64,000 nt of DNA from Mycoplasmatota bacterium (GTDB taxonomy: Bacteria > Bacillota_I > Bacilli_A > Mycoplasmatales > MT37): positions 283,494 through 347,493 of the forward strand of contig CP138194.1 of assembly GCA_033560715.1 (NCBI GenBank). The letters are read 5' to 3'. Each line of letters starts with the position of its first letter. Position 1 is the stretch's first letter. The position numbers and the translations under genes are program-made. The notes under the pieces are model-generated. The model ran no database searches. It was not told the DNA's origin and saw only the letters and a program-made list of their open reading frames with translations. Below, one piece after another: positions 36,528 to 49,797 of the stretch.

Positions 36528-39500
36528 GTCTTATTCAGTTACCAAATTTAATAGAATAAATACTTTTAATAATCTGTTTTGAACCCCCCTGTTAGTCTTA
36601 TTCAGTTACCAAATTTAATAGAATAAATACAACTTTTAATAATCTAAGTCGTGTCCTTTGAGTCTTATTCAGTTACCAAATTTAATAGAATAAATACCTA
36701 CAAACGAATTAAAGGCAAAGGTAATTAGTCTTATTCAGTTACCAAATTTAATAGAATAAATACTTTGTGTTATAAGTGGTAATACATTTGGGTGTCTTAT
36801 TCAGTTACCAAATTTAATAGAATAAATACTATTCATTGTTAAATTCCTTTTGTTTATAAGTCTTATTCAGTTACCAAATTTAATAGAATAAATACGCTTT
36901 TTGTTCGGTTGGTAATTTATCAGTGGTCTTATTCAGTTACCAAATTTAATAGAATAAATACATAATTGAGATTGAAGTGCTTTAACTAATAGTCTTATTC
37001 AGTTACCAAATTTAATAGAATAAATACCATTATTAGCGTCAAGTGGTTTATCATTTTGTCTTATTCAGTTACCAAATTTAATAGAATAAATACTTATTGT
37101 TCTGATAATTGCAAACAAGAACACGTCTTATTCAGTTACCAAATTTAATAGAATAAATACGGCCCCATCAAACGACATTATTTAGTCATAGTCTTATTCA
37201 GTTACCAAATTTAATAGAATAAATACACTTGTTTTATGCCACTGGCGATAGAAATAGTCTTATTCAGTTACCAAATTTAATAGAATAAATACTGGTAGCG
37301 TTGCGAATACACAATTCCAACCGTCTTATTCAGTTACCAAATTTAATAGAATAAATACCTGGCGTTTCATACCCATCTGGTATTCCAGGTCTTATTCAGT
37401 TACCAAATTTAATAGAATAAATACAATGAAAAACAATTAAAAAAAGCTATTCAGGTCTTATTCAGTTACCAAATTTAATAGAATAAATACTCAAAGACAC
37501 GCCATTAGCAAAAATCATTCGTCTTATTCAGTTACCAAATTTAATAGAATAAATACAACGATCGGTGCTGCTGTTGGTGGGTTTATGTCTTATTCAGTTA
37601 CCAAATTTAATAGAATAAATACAATTTCTGTGTTTTCTTTATTTTTTTTGTCGTCTTATTCAGTTACCAAATTTAATAGAATAAATACTAAATAGCATTG
37701 TTACGAATATCTGCTACTGTCTTATTCAGTTACCAAATTTAATAGAATAAATACTAAGCGGCAAGGTGATTGTGCCCAAAACCTGTCTTATTCAGTTACC
37801 AAATTTAATAGAATAAATACTTAAATATCGCAAGGAAGATTTAGAGAGAGGTCTTATTCAGTTACCAAATTTAATAGAATAAATACTTCGTTATTACTTT
37901 CTAATGCTGGTGCTGGGTCTTATTCAGTTACCAAATTTAATAGAATAAATACAAAGTGAAATATTTTTTGAAAAAATAATTGGTCTTATTCAGTTACCAA
38001 ATTTAATAGAATAAATACAGAAGTTATTAACAAGCGAAGAATGAGATGGTCTTATTCAGTTACCAAATTTAATAGAATAAATACAATGACGAAAAACTAC
38101 TATATAGAGAAAGCGTCTTATTCAGTTACCAAATTTAATAGAATAAATACTTAACCGCATTAGGTGTTGGTAAATTACCGGGTCTTATTCAGTTACCAAA
38201 TTTAATAGAATAAATACTTTATTCCTTCAAACTAATATAATTATATTGTCTTATTCAGTTACCAAATTTAATAGAATAAATACTTAGAAGGGTATTTAAT
38301 AACCGCTTTTGTTGTCTTATTCAGTTACCAAATTTAATAGAATAAATACGTAATTCCAGTCATATCACTTGATAAGATTGTCTTATTCAGTTACCAAATT
38401 TAATAGAATAAATACTTGATTATTTTTACCATAGCGCTCCCTTGAGTCTTATTCAGTTACCAAATTTAATAGAATAAATACTTTGTAGCTACACATAAAA
38501 CGAAGCAACAGGTCTTATTCAGTTACCAAATTTAATAGAATAAATACCAATCAGCACGCAATCGTTGAAAAAAACAAGTCTTATTCAGTTACCAAATTTA
38601 ATAGAATAAATACGGGGAAAAAAGGGACTCCAATGACCTATCTGTCTTATTCAGTTACCAAATTTAATAGAATAAATACAATAACTACCACCGCCCGCCC
38701 GAGCGTTATGTCTTATTCAGTTACCAAATTTAATAGAATAAATACATTATTTTTTGTTTTTGAACTCGAAAAATAGTCTTATTCAGTTACCAAATTTAAT
38801 AGAATAAATACGTGTTATTTGTTAATCATTTGCTGATTGCTGTCTTATTCAGTTACCAAATTTAATAGAATAAATACGTTGTAGTGGCCTTAGTCGCTAG
38901 TTTATTAGTCTTATTCAGTTACCAAATTTAATAGAATAAATACTTAGTGTGTTAATCTTTGCTTTATTAGTAGGTCTTATTCAGTTACCAAATTTAATAG
39001 AATAAATACAGCAATTAAGTTTAAGGCGTCTAATCAATCGTCTTATTCAGTTACCAAATTTAATAGAATAAATACTAATAGCAAAGCAAGTTAGAAAGAT
39101 ACAAGGTCTTATTCAGTTACCAAATTTAATAGAATAAATACACATTTAATTATAACTATAAAGAATTATCGGTCTTATTCAGTTACCAAATTTAATAGAA
39201 TAAATACTTAATCATCGTTGATTAAATACTTTTTGCTGTCTTATTCAGTTACCAAATTTAATAGAATAAATACAGAAATATATTATTATGAACAACAACA
39301 ATAGTCTTATTCAGTTACCAAATTTAATAGAATAAATACTTATTATTGTTGTTGTTGGTGTTGGTGTTGGTCTTATTCAGTTACCAAATTTAATAGAATA
39401 AATACGTAATTCCAGTCATATCACTTGATAAGATTGTCTTATTCAGTTACCAAATTTAATAGAATAAATACAAAACTTCCCTATGTTTAATAACCTTCTT

Positions 39501-42500
39501 CGTCTTATTCAGTTACCAAATTTAATAGAATAAATACAAAATTAAAAATGAAGTTAAAGAAAAAAAAGTCTTATTCAGTTACCAAATTTAATAGAATAAA
39601 TACAACTTTTTGAACTTGAAAACGGGAATGTAGGTCTTATTCAGTTACCAAATTTAATAGAATAAATACAAAATAATAAATTTAAAGAATTATTAGAAAG
39701 TCTTATTCAGTTACCAAATTTAATAGAATAAATACTTGTTAAGGGAGTAAATTAAAATAATGGGTGGTCTTATTCAGTTACCAAATTTAATAGAATAAAT
39801 ACACATAAAAAGTCGCCAGTCTAGACAATGGGGTCTTATTCAGTTACCAAATTTAATAGAATAAATACAATGTAATTATGGAGATTACCCAGCATGTTGT
39901 CTTATTCAGTTACCAAATTTAATAGAATAAATACCGTTTGTTTGTTTCTCTGTATTGTTGATTAGTCTTATTCAGTTACCAAATTTAATAGAATAAATAC
40001 AATTGCACCATAAGTATCATCATAATTTACGTCTTATTCAGTTACCAAATTTAATAGAATAAATACTTGACGTTAATTGTGAAAAATGTAACCAATGTCT
40101 TATTCAGTTACCAAATTTAATAGAATAAATACCGATTATTGCGTTAAATGCGGAGCGTGTCCGTCTTATTCAGTTACCAAATTTAATAGAATAAATACTT
40201 GTCGGTGCACCTTCAATTCTTCCTTTTGTCTTATTCAGTTACCAAATTTAATAGAATAAATACCAGTATCATTTAGCGCTTGCTTAGTTAATGGTCTTAT
40301 TCAGTTACCAAATTTAATAGAATAAATACTTTCAATTCACGCAACGAACCAAAAGAAGAGTCTTATTCAGTTACCAAATTTAATAGAATAAATACTCTCT
40401 AATTGTTTTCTAAATTCCATCTCGGGTCTTATTCAGTTACCAAATTTAATAGAATAAATACATTTCAGGGATGTAGTAAAGAATACTTAATGTCTTATTC
40501 AGTTACCAAATTTAATAGAATAAATACTTAACATTGAAGAAGCTAACTCGTCTAATGGTCTTATTCAGTTACCAAATTTAATAGAATAAATACTTTCCTC
40601 CTTCTTACAACAATAATCGCCGTGTCTTATTCAGTTACCAAATTTAATAGAATAAATACATGATGAAGTGTTGTTAAAATATGGTTTCAGTCTTATTCAG
40701 TTACCAAATTTAATAGAATAAATACTTAAATAACAATAATCAACCGCAAGCAGCAAGTCTTATTCAGTTACCAAATTTAATAGAATAAATACAAAAGAAG
40801 TGAGAGCTACATAGATAAAATAGTCTTATTCAGTTACCAAATTTAATAGAATAAATACCAAAACACCCCCTAACGCCTCTCGCCCGCCGTCTTATTCAGT
40901 TACCAAATTTAATAGAATAAATACTTTGCGACAATGAAGAAGAACTTAAGGCGGGTCTTATTCAGTTACCAAATTTAATAGAATAAATACTTTGAGTTGG
41001 GTGTTTAGTAATAGAAGGGTGTCTTATTCAGTTACCAAATTTAATAGAATAAATACTTTGCGATAACAACGAACAATTAACGGCGGGTCTTATTCAGTTA
41101 CCAAATTTAATAGAATAAATACTATTCTAACCCCCCCGTCCCCCTTAACATAGTCTTATTCAGTTACCAAATTTAATAGAATAAATACTCTAAACATCGA
41201 GACGTGAACATATAACACTGTCTTATTCAGTTACCAAATTTAATAGAATAAATACCGTTAAAGTATTTATTACCACCAGCTAATAGTCTTATTCAGTTAC
41301 CAAATTTAATAGAATAAATACAGCGAACAAAATAATTAAGGAAACTGTAGAGTCTTATTCAGTTACCAAATTTAATAGAATAAATACGTATTCAGTGATT
41401 CATTGATTATCTAAAAAGTCTTATTCAGTTACCAAATTTAATAGAATAAATACGCTTTGTTTTTTTTGATCGGAGCAATTTTAGTCTTATTCAGTTACCA
41501 AATTTAATAGAATAAATACAATAATATACCATAATAAAACTTCTTTATCGTCTTATTCAGTTACCAAATTTAATAGAATAAATACTCTAAGTTAATTATT
41601 CCGGCCGGGTAAGTTGTCTTATTCAGTTACCAAATTTAATAGAATAAATACGTAATTAACTTTTTTAGCAAATTTTCCGATGTCTTATTCAGTTACCAAA
41701 TTTAATAGAATAAATACAAAAATTCTGCATCGTTATTTTGAGTTGTCGTCTTATTCAGTTACCAAATTTAATAGAATAAATACTTTTAACATTACCAAAC
41801 ATAAACTGGACAAGTCTTATTCAGTTACCAAATTTAATAGAATAAATACTACCTGATGGTAATACAAAATTAGATGTTTGTCTTATTCAGTTACCAAATT
41901 TAATAGAATAAATACAAAATTCGATAAAACAGGAGATGTTAGCTAGTCTTATTCAGTTACCAAATTTAATAGAATAAATACAAAGCGCTTGGTCTTCAAA
42001 GTCCTGATACTGTCTTATTCAGTTACCAAATTTAATAGAATAAATACAAAATCTAATGGGATATATAATTTTTGATAAGGTCTTATTCAGTTACCAAATT
42101 TAATAGAATAAATACGATGATTATATAAATGAACTGGTTCCGCATGTCTTATTCAGTTACCAAATTTAATAGAATAAATACCCTCCGTCTAAATTATAAG
42201 TCATTCCAATAGTCTTATTCAGTTACCAAATTTAATAGAATAAATACGAAAGCAAATAGTGATTACACAACTCATATCGTCTTATTCAGTTACCAAATTT
42301 AATAGAATAAATACCCTTAACCACCATTTTAGTCATATAGCTCAGTCTTATTCAGTTACCAAATTTAATAGAATAAATACAAACATTAACCGATTGCGAC
42401 CTGTTATCAGGTCTTATTCAGTTACCAAATTTAATAGAATAAATACTTTATAAAGAAATTGAAAAAATTAAAAAAGGTCTTATTCAGTTACCAAATTTAA

Positions 42501-45500
42501 TAGAATAAATACCAGTCGTTTTAGAGATAAAAAGTACATCGTGTCTTATTCAGTTACCAAATTTAATAGAATAAATACTAAACTACTCCGTTAGTAAAGA
42601 TGTTTTAAGGTCTTATTCAGTTACCAAATTTAATAGAATAAATACTTTAGAATATTTAATTACTAATAAAATACTGTCTTATTCAGTTACCAAATTTAAT
42701 AGAATAAATACTTGGGAAAATAAAACTCGCATTTACTTATGGTCTTATTCAGTTACCAAATTTAATAGAATAAATACTTTCCACTTTCTCACATGATTGG
42801 GTTATAAGGTCTTATTCAGTTACCAAATTTAATAGAATAAATACTTAAAAAAATGAAAATGGTGAAAAAATAAAGTCTTATTCAGTTACCAAATTTAATA
42901 GAATAAATACTGTAAAAGAATACTACGATACACCATTCCTGTCTTATTCAGTTACCAAATTTAATAGAATAAATACAACAAAAAAAGGATGAATATGTCA
43001 CTTTTAGTCTTATTCAGTTACCAAATTTAATAGAATAAATACGCCGACGAGAGACGCCACGCTCAGGACTGGGTCTTATTCAGTTACCAAATTTAATAGA
43101 ATAAATACACGCTTAACGAGCAAGTAATTGGTTACCAAGTCTTATTCAGTTACCAAATTTAATAGAATAAATACCAAGGAAACACTGGACCAACTGGAAT
43201 AGCGGGTCTTATTCAGTTACCAAATTTAATAGAATAAATACAAAAGATATTAACTAGTGAAGAATGAGACAAGTCTTATTCAGTTACCAAATTTAATAGA
43301 ATAAATACTGAAGTTTCTAAACCAGTATTTAATAACACGTCTTATTCAGTTACCAAATTTAATAGAATAAATACTTTCTAAAAGTAATATATTTATTGCT
43401 GATAGTCTTATTCAGTTACCAAATTTAATAGAATAAATACCATTTTTGAATTTTCTAAATCTAATTCTTTGTCTTATTCAGTTACCAAATTTAATAGAAT
43501 AAATACCATCTTTACTAACGCCTTAGTTTAACGATTGTCTTATTCAGTTACCAAATTTAATAGAATAAATACGACCTTTATCGGGAGGATTAGGATCATG
43601 AGGTCTTATTCAGTTACCAAATTTAATAGAATAAATACTAATTAGTAGCTTGATTACTAATTTGGAGTGTCTTATTCAGTTACCAAATTTAATAGAATAA
43701 ATACGCTTTGGATCTTTAATGTTTGAATACCCGAGTCTTATTCAGTTACCAAATTTAATAGAATAAATACCAATATAAAAGATATCAACATTAGAAAGTT
43801 GTCTTATTCAGTTACCAAATTTAATAGAATAAATACTAATTAACATTTTATTACTATCATAAAAGAGTCTTATTCAGTTACCAAATTTAATAGAATAAAT
43901 ACGTTGGAAGTTGCTCCACAGGAGACGAAATGGTCTTATTCAGTTACCAAATTTAATAGAATAAATACAAAATGACAAACCGCTTGACGCTAATAATGGT
44001 CTTATTCAGTTACCAAATTTAATAGAATAAATACCCAATATTCATTTCTTCGAGTTTGAACTGTGTCTTATTCAGTTACCAAATTTAATAGAATAAATAC
44101 GGCGTTAATTTTTTATATATACATATGGAAGTCTTATTCAGTTACCAAATTTAATAGAATAAATACTTAATTCTAACCCATGAGCACCAAAAACAGGTCT
44201 TATTCAGTTACCAAATTTAATAGAATAAATACACGACATTGCTTATTCGCGACCAATAACATGTCTTATTCAGTTACCAAATTTAATAGAATAAATACTG
44301 TTGCTCCTGTTTGACGGCATTCGCAATATGTCTTATTCAGTTACCAAATTTAATAGAATAAATACTTGCGATAACAACGAACAATTAACGGCGGAGTCTT
44401 ATTCAGTTACCAAATTTAATAGAATAAATACCAGTTGGTCCAGTTGGTCCAGTGTTTCCTTGTCTTATTCAGTTACCAAATTTAATAGAATAAATACTTT
44501 CTAAAAGTAATATATTTATTGCTGATAGTCTTATTCAGTTACCAAATTTAATAGAATAAATACCTTTTTTCTGCCGCTTCAATTTTTTGTTCTGTCTTAT
44601 TCAGTTACCAAATTTAATAGAATAAATACACTTATTTTGTTAATCACTTTGTTTATGTTGTCTTATTCAGTTACCAAATTTAATAGAATAAATACTTTTA
44701 TCTCTTTGTGAATTCGTAAATTCACGTCTTATTCAGTTACCAAATTTAATAGAATAAATACAATGATGAAAGAAAGAATGAGATAAATATAGTCTTATTC
44801 AGTTACCAAATTTAATAGAATAAATACTTTAACTTTAATATTAAAAATGGTTTTATGGTCTTATTCAGTTACCAAATTTAATAGAATAAATACTAATAAA
44901 ACAATCAATATTGAACTGGTCACGTCTTATTCAGTTACCAAATTTAATAGAATAAATACTTAATAATTTTTTATATATTTAATATCGCAGTCTTATTCAG
45001 TTACCAAATTTAATAGAATAAATACAACGCCTTAATGAACCATACACGAATTATTGTCTTATTCAGTTACCAAATTTAATAGAATAAATACTTGTCTCAT
45101 CAAGTTTTAAAACTTTTACCAGTCTTATTCAGTTACCAAATTTAATAGAATAAATACATTTAATAGCGTTTGTTATTCGTGTTGCGTGTCTTATTCAGTT
45201 ACCAAATTTAATAGAATAAATACATAGAGTGCGTGGAAATAGTCATTAAAAGGGTCTTATTCAGTTACCAAATTTAATAGAATAAATACATAACATTAAA
45301 TTAAATGTTGTTTGAATTAGTCTTATTCAGTTACCAAATTTAATAGAATAAATACCAAAATTTACTAAAATCTATTCATCAACAAGTCTTATTCAGTTAC
45401 CAAATTTAATAGAATAAATACCAAAAATTCTAAATTTGAAAACAAATATTGGTCTTATTCAGTTACCAAATTTAATAGAATAAATACTTGTTGCTACATT

Positions 45501-48500
45501 TACTAATTATAATGATAGTCTTATTCAGTTACCAAATTTAATAGAATAAATACCATTGGGGAACTATATACCAAGAAAAAGTAGTCTTATTCAGTTACCA
45601 AATTTAATAGAATAAATACTTTTAGTTCCTTGAACAAATAATTGAACTCGTCTTATTCAGTTACCAAATTTAATAGAATAAATACAGGCGTTTGTTCGTT
45701 TAGATAATGATAATTGTCTTATTCAGTTACCAAATTTAATAGAATAAATACTTTAGCTCAAGCCGTTAAATCACCGTGTTTGTCTTATTCAGTTACCAAA
45801 TTTAATAGAATAAATACATTGTTTGTTCTCAAAATTTATTAGTTTCAGTCTTATTCAGTTACCAAATTTAATAGAATAAATACACCATATTAAATTTAAA
45901 AATGCATATTTGGGTCTTATTCAGTTACCAAATTTAATAGAATAAATACTTAATTATAATAATTTTCATATAAATAAATGTCTTATTCAGTTACCAAATT
46001 TAATAGAATAAATACGAATATCGCCAGTGTCTAATCGCTCTACAAGTCTTATTCAGTTACCAAATTTAATAGAATAAATACATATTATAGCTAACATCAA
46101 CTTTTTTTATAGTCTTATTCAGTTACCAAATTTAATAGAATAAATACATTAGTTTTCAGTTCTTTTAGATAAACTCAGTCTTATTCAGTTACCAAATTTA
46201 ATAGAATAAATACTTTTTATTTAATGAATATCCACATTCACTGGTCTTATTCAGTTACCAAATTTAATAGAATAAATACAATACAAATTCAGTATAAATA
46301 CAAATTGAAGTCTTATTCAGTTACCAAATTTAATAGAATAAATACTGCAAACAAATTTTAGTTGTTAATGTTAAAGTCTTATTCAGTTACCAAATTTAAT
46401 AGAATAAATACAGGTAAAGATAATGGTTAATTTTGTGCGTCGTCTTATTCAGTTACCAAATTTAATAGAATAAATACTTAAACCATATATTAAACAAGCA
46501 GCACCAAGTCTTATTCAGTTACCAAATTTAATAGAATAAATACATAATAATAATAATAATAGTAAAAATTATTGGAGTCTTATTCAGTTACCAAATTTAA
46601 TAGAATAAATACTGATTCCTGTCGTGTTATTTGAAACTCCAAGTCTTATTCAGTTACCAAATTTAATAGAATAAATACTGGTCCGCTCAAATTGTCGCCG
46701 CAATTTGTGTCTTATTCAGTTACCAAATTTAATAGAATAAATACCAAAATATACCCCACCAAAACGTAATTGGTGTCTTATTCAGTTACCAAATTTAATA
46801 GAATAAATACGTATCGTGTCCCACTCACAGCGTCTATTTCGTCTTATTCAGTTACCAAATTTAATAGAATAAATACTTTCTTTTAATACTGGTTGTTCGT
46901 TTTGCAGTCTTATTCAGTTACCAAATTTAATAGAATAAATACTGGAAAACAAAAAAGCAAATAAAATAATTGGTCTTATTCAGTTACCAAATTTAATAGA
47001 ATAAATACATAGATAGCGTGGAAATAAGCCTTAAAGGGGTCTTATTCAGTTACCAAATTTAATAGAATAAATACATAATTATCAAAGCACAGACAGAGAA
47101 TGTAGTCTTATTCAGTTACCAAATTTAATAGAATAAATACATAGCGGTTAATCCAACCAACAAACGAGCCGTCTTATTCAGTTACCAAATTTAATAGAAT
47201 AAATACATGCTTTTATTGTTTTGTGCGGTGGGAGAGGTCTTATTCAGTTACCAAATTTAATAGAATAAATACTAAAAAAACCAGCCTGGACATTTCAAAG
47301 TAGTCTTATTCAGTTACCAAATTTAATAGAATAAATACTTAATTGATTTTTTGATTCAAAAAGAAGGGGTCTTATTCAGTTACCAAATTTAATAGAATAA
47401 ATACGTAATTAACTTTTTTTGCAAATTTTCCTAAGTCTTATTCAGTTACCAAATTTAATAGAATAAATACCTTCTTTTAATGCTTCTTCGATTAATTCGT
47501 GTCTTATTCAGTTACCAAATTTAATAGAATAAATACTCGCTCGTCTCTTTCAATTGCTCCACTGTTGTCTTATTCAGTTACCAAATTTAATAGAATAAAT
47601 ACTTAAAGTGAATCATATATTCACTAATATTAGTCTTATTCAGTTACCAAATTTAATAGAATAAATACAACTGGTTAAATTACCCCAGAACCCCCTTTGT
47701 CTTATTCAGTTACCAAATTTAATAGAATAAATACTTAAATATAGTAATGTAATTGATTTAGAAAGTCTTATTCAGTTACCAAATTTAATAGAATAAATAC
47801 GAATATCTCCCGTATCTAATCTTTCGACAAGGTCTTATTCAGTTACCAAATTTAATAGAATAAATACTAGTAAAATATTAAGTAAAGCGTGAAGCAAGTC
47901 TTATTCAGTTACCAAATTTAATAGAATAAATACTCTCCTAATACAGCTCACATTGTTAGATGTCTTATTCAGTTACCAAATTTAATAGAATAAATACAAT
48001 ATTCGTTTGTTCCAAAAACAACAGGCTGTCTTATTCAGTTACCAAATTTAATAGAATAAATACATAAAGTCTTTCATAGTTTTTATCTCCTTTGTCTTAT
48101 TCAGTTACCAAATTTAATAGAATAAATACGAATATCTCCCGTATCTAATCTTTCGACTAGTCTTATTCAGTTACCAAATTTAATAGAATAAATACCAAAT
48201 TTTGTCTTTTGAAGTGAAATATACAGTCTTATTCAGTTACCAAATTTAATAGAATAAATACTCCATTTATTAAATCAGTCGAACACTGATAGTCTTATTC
48301 AGTTACCAAATTTAATAGAATAAATACAAGTTTGAATAATCAAGATTAAACGAACAAGTCTTATTCAGTTACCAAATTTAATAGAATAAATACCAGCTGC
48401 GGAAATAGTCGAGTGCGTCAATTGTCTTATTCAGTTACCAAATTTAATAGAATAAATACTTCTAATTCAAGGTTTAACTCCTTTACTGAGTCTTATTCAG

Positions 48501-49778
48501 TTACCAAATTTAATAGAATAAATACACCTTAAAAAAGCAAACGAAGCAAAAAGTGTCTTATTCAGTTACCAAATTTAATAGAATAAATACATTTTGGCAT
48601 CTAACAACATCGTCAAAATGGTCTTATTCAGTTACCAAATTTAATAGAATAAATACATTATTACAACCGCTTTAATCAATCATTAGGTCTTATTCAGTTA
48701 CCAAATTTAATAGAATAAATACGAAAAACAGCAACGAAACAAACGAAATTGCGTCTTATTCAGTTACCAAATTTAATAGAATAAATACAAAAAATATTAA
48801 CTAGTGAAGAATGAGATGGTCTTATTCAGTTACCAAATTTAATAGAATAAATACGAGTTTATAACCGCTTGACAGTCCGCCAAAGTCTTATTCAGTTACC
48901 AAATTTAATAGAATAAATACTATTTTAGTATCAAATTGAAGTCCGACGGAGTCTTATTCAGTTACCAAATTTAATAGAATAAATACTGTTTGCGGACAAG
49001 TTTGTTAATTACTTAGGTCTTATTCAGTTACCAAATTTAATAGAATAAATACTCGAATTACTCGAAGAACTAAGTCCTTATCGTCTTATTCAGTTACCAA
49101 ATTTAATAGAATAAATACCGCTAAAAGTCGCCAGTCTAGATAAGTAGGGTCTTATTCAGTTACCAAATTTAATAGAATAAATACTTTTTAGCAGGTTGTG
49201 CTGTTCGTTTTGTTGTCTTATTCAGTTACCAAATTTAATAGAATAAATACAGAAGGTATATTACGACCTTCTTTTAATGTGTCTTATTCAGTTACCAAAT
49301 TTAATAGAATAAATACGAATTAAAACTTAAACAATTAAAATTAGAGGTCTTATTCAGTTACCAAATTTAATAGAATAAATACAAGCAACTGAAATTTTTA
49401 TGGCCCGTGGTGGTCTTATTCAGTTACCAAATTTAATAGAATAAATACACTAAATTAAGCAAGTTAATCGGCGTTAGTCGTCTTATTCAGTTACCAAATT
49501 TAATAGAATAAATACAACCAAATTATCCTTTACCAAAACATATATGTCTTATTCAGTTACCAAATTTAATAGAATAAATACGAAATTCTTCTGCTTTAGT
49601 GGGTTCAACAAGTCTTATTCAGTTACCAAATTTAATAGAATAAATACATTTAAATAAAAAGTCATACGGACATGTTAGTCTTATTCAGTTACCAAATTTA
49701 ATAGAATAAATACTATCAGTTGCTATTTCTACTTCGTCTTGTAGTCTTATTCAGTTACCAAATTTAATAAATAAATAC
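36528..49778 (+). CRISPR. Type II-A CRISPR array, about 201 repeats of 36 nt and about 200 spacers
   Basis: The repeat is GTCTTATTCAGTTACCAAATTTAATAGAATAAATAC. The first copy is at 36528-36563. The period is 66 nt (spacers 29-33 nt, mostly 30). Every repeat I read is identical except the last (49744-49778), which lacks the G of AATAGAAT. (49744-36528)/66 = 200.2. Polarity is set by the csn2-side leader and the degenerate distal repeat. Confidence 0.97.
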
Positions 49779-49797
49779 TTTAATATAATTTATTTCG

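Noticed and set aside
42259-44504. ORF-track ORFs 42259..42453 and 44301..44504 inside the CRISPR array.
   Set aside because: Their proteins are just the repeat translated over and over (SYSVTKFNRINT...). They are artefacts of the 66-nt period being a multiple of 3.
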